A stretch of 64,000 nucleotides of DNA. Source: Candidatus Rariloculaceae bacterium (lineage in GTDB: Bacteria > Pseudomonadota > Gammaproteobacteria > Steroidobacterales > Rariloculaceae). The notes below the pieces were generated by a model. It did not search any database. It was not told where the DNA came from and worked only from the letters and a program-made list of their open reading frames with translations. Each line of letters begins with the position of its first letter. Within the stretch, counting starts at the first letter, position 1. The stretch covers positions 4,572,044 to 4,636,043 of the forward strand of contig OZ242031.1 of assembly GCA_965205045.1 (NCBI GenBank). Direction: 5' to 3'. Of this stretch, positions 35,847-44,239 are shown piece after piece. A program made the translations under genes and the position numbers.

Positions 35847-38701
35847 GACGCTACTCCCGCGAGCACGACGAGAAACGCCACCACCTCAAAGTCGTCCATT
35901 CCGGCGAACTCGCCAGACAAGGCGTGAGTGCCTCCGGGTGAGAAGAGGCTGGCGATGGCGCGCTCCTCACCCTTTCCGACGATGGCAGAAATGGCAGCGG
36001 CAAGCTGACGTTGCACGGCGTGCATTTCCTTCCCCTGGCGGGTGGCCGCGTCGAAATGGCGACAGGCCGAAGCATCAGGTATGTCCTTGCCGACACAAAG
36101 CCGCTTGAGGCGATCGAGAATGGCCTTGGCCTGGATGAACGGCAGCAAAACCGACCCATCCTCACCAACATGGACCAGATAGTGCGGCGCCAGCGGATAG
36201 CCCGGCTGAAACCGGGCATCCGCAGCGGTGCCCTCGGCACGCAGACAGAAGATCACGCCCGGTGGAACGTCGTCGTCTGCCGCAATGGCGATCGCGTGCA
36301 TACCGAGCGGGACCGATTCCAGCGCTTCCGGGTCGGCCCTGCGATAGTCGGCCAGGTCGATCCGAAAATCGGTCAGCGTCAGATCGGCGATGGAGACGCC
36401 CGATGACAAGTCCTCCAGATCGATCACCGCGTCCAAAAGCTTCAGGAGATGCTTGCGTCGGTACGCCAGATCATTCATTGGATCGCCGGACTGCTGCTCG
36501 ATCAGGTTTTCCTCGCCGGTGGCGGAAATATCCAGAAGCACCATGCGCCCGCTCACGCGCTGCTCCAGCCGAAGATATTCCTCCAGTTCCATGTTTGGCC
36601 AAAAGTTGACGAGTTGGATCCGCTCGTTGGGCGAGCCGATGCGGTCGATGCGCCCGAAGCGCTGGATGATGCGCACCGGATTCCAGTGAATGTCGTAGTT
36701 GATGAGCCAGTCGCAGTCCTGCAGGTTCTGACCTTCCGAGATGCAGTCCGTCGCGATCAGAAGATCGATCTCGCCTTCGCTCGCCAGATCGTCCGGACAC
36801 TCCTTGGTTCGAGGCGCGAAGGCGGTAAGGATGGACGCAAGGTCGCGCCGCAGGTCGGGCAATGTCGTCCGATTGCCCCCCGTGCCGGTGACCAAGGCGG
36901 CTTGCACCCCCAGGGAATCCCGCGCCCAGGGCGCCAGCGCGTCGTACAGGTAACGCGCGGTGTCGGCGAAGGCCGTGAACACGATGATCTTTCGGTTCCC
37001 GACGTTGATTGGCTCGCGGCATTTCCGCTCGATCATCGCCCGCAGCTCGGCCAGCTTCGCATCGCGTTCAGCGGTCACCTTGCGGGCTGCGGCGTGCAGC
37101 GTTGCCAGCCGGTCGCGGTCTTCGATCAGGTCCTGGCGCCAACGAACCGGATCGACGTCCTGGAGCAGAACCTTGACCTTGCGGCCGACCAGAAGGCTCT
37201 CAAAGGTCGGATCCTCGATATCGATGTCAGCGATATCGAACTCTTCGAGGTCGGCTTCTTGTGCCTCGATACGCGCAAGCAGGACCTCGATGTCATTGAG
37301 CTGACGCTGCACGGTCAGCGCGAAGGAGGCGACCGAGCTTTCCATGCGCTTCGGCACGTTCGCGCGCAGGAGGTGAACCAAGCTCTCCTCGCGGTCCAGT
37401 TGCCGGAACGTCCCGCCTCCGCGGCGAAGTCGGGTGCTGTATTTCTTGTCATACGCTTCTTGCCTGTGCGCCAATACATAGCGCAGCGGTGCGTACTCGG
37501 TGGCGAATGCAATCTGGTTACGCAGATCCGCCAGCCGATTGTTCACGGGCGTCGCCGTCAGCATGAGGACCCGGGTCTTCACGCCTTCACGCACGATGCG
37601 GCGCATCAGCCGGTCGTAGCGCGTTTCGCTGCCCTGCCGGGGTGATCGCTTGTTGCGGAAGTTATGCGACTCGTCAATGACGACGAGATCGTAGTTGCCC
37701 CAGTTCAAATGGGCCAGGTCGATATCGCCCGACAGGCCGCGGTCGCGCGACAGGTCGGTGTGATTGAGCACATCGTAGTTGAAGCGGTCGCGCGCCAGGA
37801 TGTTGCGGCGGTCGTTGGCGCGGTACAGGGTCCAGTTGTCGCGGAGCCGCTTGGGACAGAGCACCAGAACGCGGTCGTTGCGTAGTTCGTGGTACTTGAT
37901 GATGGCCAACGCCTCGAAGGTTTTTCCGAGCCCAACGCTGTCGGCAATGATGCAACCGCCAAACCGGTCGAGCTTGTCAATCGCACCGACGACTCCGTCG
38001 CGTTGGAAACGGTAGAGTCTCTGCCAGACCTCGGTTTCGCGAATCCCGGTTGCAGATTTGACTACCCGGTCTTCATCGAGTTCGCCACCCTCGATACGAA
38101 ACAGGTGGTGCAGGATCAGCGCGTAGATGCTGGACGGAGCGCGATGTTCGGCAAGGCGACGCAACGTGTCAATTGTCAGCAACTTCGCAGTGTCGTCGCC
38201 CGCCAATCCGGACCACTGCGAATCGAACCATACCCCTAGCCGCTTACATTCTTCGGGCGTTTCGGACGCCTGAATCAAGTTGAGTGGATTGCCGGGTGCG
38301 AGGCCGAGCCCGTCGGTGCTGAACGAGAACGAACCGATCAGAGCCTGTCTCGTGCGACCATCTCCGTTCCGCAGCACGATCGCGCCCTGTGGGACCGCTC
38401 CGTTTGCTTTGCGCACCTCCGCCGATTTCTCGACCCAGTCCGCGCATTGGCCCGCCAGCCAGCGGGTCTGCAGGCGATTACGGGCGGCGCGATCCGCATC
38501 GGTTCCCAGAAGGTCGAGTTCGGCTGCTTCGGGAGGCAGGACGAGTCGCGCACCGGCCATTTTCGCCAATTGTCCGGCAAGCTCTCCAAACGCAAAAAGC
38601 GACAGCGTTCGGGACGCGAGATCGACCCGATTGCCGGTCCCTAGCCAGGGCCGGACGATGTCGACCACGCGGTCGGCGCCGGTATTGGGAACGATCCTCA
38701 T
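35843..38701 (-). CDS. SNF2-family helicase with N- and C-terminal extensions
   Basis: ADSVGLGKTFEA (motif I), LVVIDESHNFRN (motif II), MLTATPVNN (motif III), QRFGRIDRIGS (motif VI). ATG 38701 forms an ATGA overlap with the upstream small ORF. The track ORF starts at 38719. Confidence 0.9.
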   Translation of the reverse strand: MRIVPNTGADRVVDIVRPWLGTGNRVDLASRTLSLFAFGELAGQLAKMAGARLVLPPEAAELDLLGTDADRAARNRLQTRWLAGQCADWVEKSAEVRKANGAVPQGAIVLRNGDGRTRQALIGSFSFSTDGLGLAPGNPLNLIQASETPEECKRLGVWFDSQWSGLAGDDTAKLLTIDTLRRLAEHRAPSSIYALILHHLFRIEGGELDEDRVVKSATGIRETEVWQRLYRFQRDGVVGAIDKLDRFGGCIIADSVGLGKTFEALAIIKYHELRNDRVLVLCPKRLRDNWTLYRANDRRNILARDRFNYDVLNHTDLSRDRGLSGDIDLAHLNWGNYDLVVIDESHNFRNKRSPRQGSETRYDRLMRRIVREGVKTRVLMLTATPVNNRLADLRNQIAFATEYAPLRYVLAHRQEAYDKKYSTRLRRGGGTFRQLDREESLVHLLRANVPKRMESSVASFALTVQRQLNDIEVLLARIEAQEADLEEFDIADIDIEDPTFESLLVGRKVKVLLQDVDPVRWRQDLIEDRDRLATLHAAARKVTAERDAKLAELRAMIERKCREPINVGNRKIIVFTAFADTARYLYDALAPWARDSLGVQAALVTGTGGNRTTLPDLRRDLASILTAFAPRTKECPDDLASEGEIDLLIATDCISEGQNLQDCDWLINYDIHWNPVRIIQRFGRIDRIGSPNERIQLVNFWPNMELEEYLRLEQRVSGRMVLLDISATGEENLIEQQSGDPMNDLAYRRKHLLKLLDAVIDLEDLSSGVSIADLTLTDFRIDLADYRRADPEALESVPLGMHAIAIAADDDVPPGVIFCLRAEGTAADARFQPGYPLAPHYLVHVGEDGSVLLPFIQAKAILDRLKRLCVGKDIPDASACRHFDAATRQGKEMHAVQRQLAAAISAIVGKGEERAIASLFSPGGTHALSGEFAGMDDFEVVAFLVVLAGVAS

Positions 38702-38955
38702 CGTGGCCCGGCGGTCCATCGGTTCAGGGTGGCGACACCGGAGTTGCGGCGTTCGTCGGTACTCTGCGTTACTACTGCAACCCTGTGGCTGGCCGCTGCC
38801 GCACGAATGGCATCTGGCAAGCGATCATCGAGCAGTTCGCCACGCCGGTGGTTTTCCCCCATGATCTGCGCACGTTCCCGGCTGTCAGCCAAGACCCACC
38901 CGACTATCCGGCCCACGAACGGATCGTCGAGATTGCGGGTCGTGATGCCGGCCAT
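38698..38955 (-). CDS. Possible 85-aa leader gene of the helicase operon
   Basis: Acidic/basic protein-like composition. Its stop overlaps the helicase ATG (ATGA at 38698..38701). No family recognised. Confidence 0.3.
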   Translation of the reverse strand: MAGITTRNLDDPFVGRIVGWVLADSRERAQIMGENHRRGELLDDRLPDAIRAAAASHRVAVVTQSTDERRNSGVATLNRWTAGPR

Positions 38956-39742
38956 GGCCGCGCCTTGCGGTAGTTGCGGAACGCCGAATTATGCCACGCT
39001 CGCGGCTTGATCACGGTACGTGGCCAAGCACGCCTGCGATTGCCGAGGTCGATAAGCCTGATTTTGTAGCCAATGAGTTACCAATAACTCTCCATTGACA
39101 ATTGTGGTCCCGTCCTCGCTGGTGGAAACCTCCATGCTCAGGGCCCCGAGGCGTCCAGCAATTAGAAGTGGTCGGCCTTCCAAGATAGGCAGCAAAAATC
39201 CCCATGACGACGACATGAAACTCGGCAGGGTGCGTTCGAGCCAACCGCCCCAAGGTCAAGACGCTGCTGACCCGAATGATCGCCGATGGCTTGATCTCGC
39301 TGCTTGTTTCCTTGCCAAGGAGATCGGCTGCAGCGAGAAACTGTTCCTATCGAAGACTCTTGTCGGCCGTCCAGAACCTCCATGCAGCAAAGATCGCGGC
39401 AAAAATGGCACCTGCCAAAGTGCCCACTTGCAAAACAAGGTCCGGGCTACAGCACATCGCAATCTCCACGCTATGGGTCGGGACAGGCACGAGCCTTACC
39501 TCCCGAATCTCTCAATCTGTTGAAGTCGTTCAATTGTCGAAGTATGCCGCAACCCTTGTATGGAACATGCGTAACTCATTGATTTTGTGTCCGCGCATTG
39601 TTCTTTCCGCGACTGCGGGGCGGCGCGATGCGCCAGTGTGGCACGCTTACAAGAATTTTCCGACATGCCCATACCGCGAACGAAGAAACCGAAATTCACG
39701 GTCCTGTTCCCGCGCATTACGCAACGGTAGGAAGCTTTCGCC

Positions 39743-39958
39743 GTGCGGGGGGGTTCAGCGGTGTCGACCGCCACGCCGTCGCCGGCGGGCTACGCGGTGT
39801 TGAAAGGCGACCTGCAGCGACTGATCGAGAAGGGCTGGCCGGCGCTCGTCGACGTGCCGGTGGTCTTCGTGTCCGCCTATGGCCCCGGCGACACGATCGC
39901 CCAATCGCTGGAGACCCGCGCCCTGAGGCCTTGGAATCGGACAGGGTTTCGCGATTGA
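39743..39958 (+). pseudogene. Response-regulator receiver-domain fragment
   Basis: LQRLIEKGWPALVDVPVVFVSAYGPGDTIAQSLE resembles the alpha3-beta4-alpha4 region of receiver domains. No N-terminal Asp pocket or output domain is present. Confidence 0.3.
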
Positions 39959-40460
39959 CAGCTACGGCGGGACAAGCCGACAGCAAGACATCATCATTTA
40001 CGAGCGAGACATTTGCCTGGTATTCTGCGTAAACGAGACGCCAGAGGTGACCTACTACCCGTGCGAAGGCGTGGTCGCGGTGGGTGAGGTCAACAGTTAT
40101 CTTAATCGGCATTCCCTTGAAGACGCGTTCGCAAAAGCGGCATCGGTGAAAGCGCTACAGAGGCATATTGTCTCCGATCAAGCACCCCATCCGACGACGG
40201 GGGAACCGATCCCGATGAGACGAAATTATCTGTCTCCGCATGCCCCATCGATCAGAGTGTTGAGCGATAAGCCGGAAAAGAACCAGCGCCGCTTCAGCGA
40301 GTTCCCGCGTTTGCTCACCCTCTCCACACCTGTCGAGGAATCTGGACCGGAACCCGCACCGAAGCGCGTCGACGCCGAGATAACGAAGCAGCTTCGACCG
40401 CCCGTTGTCGCTCATACGCTGTCCGGTCGCCTACGGGAAGGCCAAGTCGTTCTCCCGTAA
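39927..40460 (+). pseudogene. DUF6602-like (restriction-endonuclease-fold) C-terminal fragment
   Basis: Hand translation upstream of track ORF 40047 gives AIDSYGGTSRQQDIIIYERDICLVF...YYPCEGVVAVGEVNSYLNRHSLEDAFAKAASVKAL. The frame opens right after a stop at 39924, and the N-terminal part is missing. Confidence 0.35.
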
Positions 40461-41505
40461 TTCTTGGGCCTCGGCCAAGACCTCCGCCGCCCGACAGCTA
40501 ACCGGCAACCGGTGCTCGCGCCCCGCCACATCCCGTTTCGGCAGGGTCGGCGTAGTCCCGCAGCGACGCCTCCGATTTCGCGTTACGCTAACGTGGGGTC
40601 CCACAAATCCAAGCGCATTTCCGTTACGTGAAAGATTGTTATAACCTTCTGATTTATTTATGTTTTCTATGCGTGTGATCGCACGTAATTTCTCAGATAC
40701 TTACGGGACAGGACACTAGGTCGCACGGTGCAGATTTATCACCGCGGCACCCTATCCGTTCCATCATCTTGCCGCGCTTCCTTCATTGGGTCTAAAATTA
40801 CAAATGGCTTTCTTACCCTTGGGTTATTACAGTCAAATGAATTCTGAGGCCCAACATCCCCAGCAGGCACCCTAAGCCCCATCGCTCTGGTTAACAATTT
40901 CAGGGATTCACTCCGAGAAATGGAGACTATCACTTCAACGCCGACACCAAAATTCGATGCGCGCCGCGTGCGCCCACTGAAGTATTCCGCACGAGACGTT
41001 CAAAGTCCTGCAGAAGCAAAGCAACAAATTCCAAAACAATTTCACCGATGGCGAGAACCTCTTCTCCATCGTGTTCGCTCAATTGCTGATCATTGGCCGT
41101 TCTTGTCGACATCAGACGACAGCCATTTGTTCTGCTGGCCCGCGCAGCTAGGCTTGGTGCTCTCTTTTTCTCGCGGACAAACTCCGAAACCTGTTCGTGC
41201 ACCTCTTTGTACCCTTCCGAAATATCCTCCAAAACTCTATAGACTTCGGCTCTCGCGCCACAGTCGAGGGGTACATCACCGCCTGAAAGCGCGACGCCAT
41301 CGCAGGTGCGAGTTTTTTGATGCTTCGCGGGAGAAAACGGCCACACGCCTCATCCAGAGCCACGCACGAGGAAACCGCATCTCCCGTCGTTGCCCTTATC
41401 TCAGTGACCAACGTCAACCTTGGCCGACTGCAGATTCAAATCCCATTTGCCCAAATTGCACCAGCAATTTCCACACAATCAAGCTTATTTGTACTGAGGA
41501 GCACA

Positions 41506-42681
41506 ATGCGTTACTTGGCTCGACTTAAGGATGATCCAGCAACCTCCGCATTGGCATTCGCTGACGCCCGCGTTGACGCAACAAACCGTGTACTGCAGGT
41601 TGATAAGATCTCAAAATTTCAGCAAAGCGTCGACTCCCGAGGGCAAATGGCTGATCGACTGCGGGAACATGACATGTCCTTCGTTGCCCATCCGATTGCG
41701 CAAACCCCGATCAGTGGCATCGCGGTCGTCGATGGAACCCATGAGGCAGTATCGGAGCTGGGAATTTCGTTTCCCGAATACGAAATCATCGCCGACGCAC
41801 CCATTTCTCTCATCAGCCCAGAACAAACCGACACACATCTCACGTCCGACGACACCCTCGACCTTTGGCATTTGGACAAAGTTTTCGCTAGCAGTAATCG
41901 CGAGGACGACGGTGGTGAGGATGTGAGGGTGGCTGTGCTAGACACTGGTGTTAGTAACGTGCCGGAGATCGTCGGCCGAATATCCGGCCATCAGGCTTTG
42001 GACGTTAACAATTGGCAGGTCTCAACAACCACACAAGGCGATACCCACGGTCATGGTACGCACGTTAGCGGCTTGATTTGTGGGGAACGTGTAGGCATCG
42101 CCCCAGGCGCCCAAGTTGAGAGCGTCACGATGATCCCCAACGGCACGGGAAACATGAGCAACTTTATATTGGCGATGGAATGGGTGGGCGCGCAGCCGGA
42201 AGTATCGATTCTCAACATGTCAGCGGGCATTGTCGGCTACAGGCCCGGGATGCTTTACATTATCGAAATACTTCAGCGTCTTGGCGTGCTCACGGTGATC
42301 GCCACTGGAAATGAAGGTGTACACCAAACTCGCAGTCCAGGCAACTACAGCTCACCGATTTCCGTCGGCGCCAGCACGAAAGAAGACAAGATAGCCTCCT
42401 TCAGCAGTGGCGCCGACATGACGATCGACGGCGTCAATTACACGGTGCCTGACTTAGTCGCGCCTGGCAAGGAGGTTACATCATGCCTCATGAATGGAGG
42501 ATATGCCGCGTGGAACGGTACATCCATGGCCACTCCAGTTGTGGCAGGCATTGCTGCACTCCATATCCACCACAATCCACAGATTCCAGTGTTGGATCTA
42601 CGCGAAAAAATTCTGAACTCTTGCCGGGACCTTGGGTTCCGAGCAAACCGGCAAGGAGTCGGATTGATCCAAGTCCGATAA
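41506..42681 (+). CDS. S8-family (subtilisin-like) serine peptidase, no signal peptide
   Basis: GAGGA lies 6 nt before ATG 41506. Catalytic triad context: VAVLDTGV, HGHGTHVSG, NGTSMATPVVAG. N-terminus MRYLARLKDDPATS is not hydrophobic. Confidence 0.85.
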   Translation: MRYLARLKDDPATSALAFADARVDATNRVLQVDKISKFQQSVDSRGQMADRLREHDMSFVAHPIAQTPISGIAVVDGTHEAVSELGISFPEYEIIADAPISLISPEQTDTHLTSDDTLDLWHLDKVFASSNREDDGGEDVRVAVLDTGVSNVPEIVGRISGHQALDVNNWQVSTTTQGDTHGHGTHVSGLICGERVGIAPGAQVESVTMIPNGTGNMSNFILAMEWVGAQPEVSILNMSAGIVGYRPGMLYIIEILQRLGVLTVIATGNEGVHQTRSPGNYSSPISVGASTKEDKIASFSSGADMTIDGVNYTVPDLVAPGKEVTSCLMNGGYAAWNGTSMATPVVAGIAALHIHHNPQIPVLDLREKILNSCRDLGFRANRQGVGLIQVR

Positions 42682-42695
42682 TGGGAGATAGAGAC

Positions 42696-43103
42696 ATGGA
42701 CGAACCGAACAATTGCAAGATTGATGCTCTCTTGCTAGAGGCGCTCAAAAAAGCCGCCCCAGACGAGGAAATTCGCATAATCGCTACCTTGGACACAGGT
42801 ACGTCAAGAACAACAGAGGCCTTTACAAACATCCCTACTGGAAAGTTACTATCCCGAGCCGAACTCCGGCGACATGCCATCAAACAATATGACGCTAGCG
42901 CAGATAGCGCAATGCAAGACATAATGACCACCTTACGGAACATTGGCCTAACGGTCAGGGGATCTGGATTAGTAGGTGCCTTGGTGCTAGATGGTACGCC
43001 CACTCAACTACGCCACTGCCTGGAATTGCCCGCAATGACCTCAGCGACGCTTGATCGTCCAATCGATAGCACATTGCCTGCACGGTGGCGACCGTTGCCT
43101 TGA
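42696..43103 (+). CDS. Small protein downstream of the S8 peptidase, resembling its pro-region
   Basis: GGAG lies 8 nt before ATG 42696. An alternative ATG at 42681 overlaps the peptidase stop (TAATG). The stretch GALVLDGTPTQL...TLDRPI echoes GIAVVDGTHEAV...IADAPI in the peptidase N-terminus. Confidence 0.5.
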   Translation: MDEPNNCKIDALLLEALKKAAPDEEIRIIATLDTGTSRTTEAFTNIPTGKLLSRAELRRHAIKQYDASADSAMQDIMTTLRNIGLTVRGSGLVGALVLDGTPTQLRHCLELPAMTSATLDRPIDSTLPARWRPLP

Positions 43104-43222
43104 AAGGCGCTTGCTGCTTTGTTACTTGAATCACGGAACACCAAACGCACACATGCCAGCGTTAAGCCAGATACAAAGCACAAACGTTAGCGCGTCCGCG
43201 CCCGTTTCAAATGAGGCACCCC

Positions 43223-43560
43223 CTACCAGATCTCGTATGTCTCGAACAACACCGCCACAGCTAGGTCCTTATCTAGAGTCGCCTCTCCCTCACCAACGCT
43301 TTCCGTGTACGTCCTGACCGCAGTCTCAGTTTTTGCGCCAGATCGAGGTAATCCACGACTAGGCCGCTAGGCTGGTCCTTGAACACATGGTGACCCGGGC
43401 GATCATTTGCATCAAGCTGTGTAGGCGGTTCGCCTATTCCACCTTCCATTCGTTGAGCCAATGAGAATGGATTACTCCTCTTATATGTGTAGGAGGAGCC
43501 GTCCATCCGTTCGACAGCATCGTAGCGGGTGATCCCAAATTTCTTGTTCACGAGGGCGCG
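43223..43560 (-). pseudogene. hsdR: Type I restriction enzyme HsdR remnant (multiple frameshifts)
   Basis: Three minus-strand frames give, in order, LHSLMQMIARV, HHVFKDQPSGLVVDYLDLAQK and VRTYTESVGEGEATLDKDLAVAVLFETYEI. These resemble HsdR helicase motif VI and the following region. Confidence 0.5.
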
Positions 43561-43631
43561 ACAGGGACACCGAAAGATTGCTCGGAAAATCAATCGGTCA
43601 GTGTGGCACCCGTAAAAACGCCCCAGCAACC

Positions 43632-44050
43632 TCAGCCGAAGTACTCCCGCCTCACCACAAACAGCCCCACAAGCGGCGGCACCGCCATCACCAAGTGCTG
43701 AATTTCAGCATTCAGGCTCGGGGCGGCGAGTTCGACCATGAAGGGTGTGCCGGCCCAGAATGGCGCGTAGAACCCCAGCAGCAGCACCAGCATGGTCCAC
43801 TAGATCACCGGTGCCCGGAGTTGAATTGGCACCCACAGCAGGATCAGGACTCCGATCATGGCGCCGAAGTCTCCGAATACTTCGCGGAAAAATGGTGCCA
43901 GCTATGTGATCGTGCGAGGGGAGTCTCCGGGGTGAGCAGAAACAGGTCGCTGCCGATATGCCCACAGGTGAACATCACGCTGCGCAGCCCCACCACAAAG
44001 CCAATAATCACCAGCGCCCGGCCGATGTTCATGCGGTTGATGTATTCCAT
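43632..44050 (-). pseudogene. Degraded small membrane-protein gene
   Basis: MEYINRMNIGRALVIIGFVVGL... continues only after a frameshift and two in-frame TAG stops (...FGAMIGVLILLWVP...LVLLLGFYAPFW...). The family is unknown. Confidence 0.3.
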
Positions 44051-44239
44051 GGGTGGATCTCTGAACTCGCTACGGCGTATCGAGTGTACCAGCACTCCAT
44101 CCCGTGGCAACGCGCTCCGCTCCGCGACATGCGCTCTGCGACAGCGGTCCATCAGAGCGTTCCGCGATCAGGGAAATCCATCGCCGCCCTTGTGGGTATC
44201 GGCGGCTTGCCTTAACCTGCGGAGCAGGTCGGCAACCGG

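Noticed and set aside
40920-41528. 202-aa plus-strand ORF upstream of the S8 peptidase
   Set aside because: Its Arg/Pro/Ser/Cys-rich composition is not protein-like, and it overlaps the more plausible minus-strand ORF.
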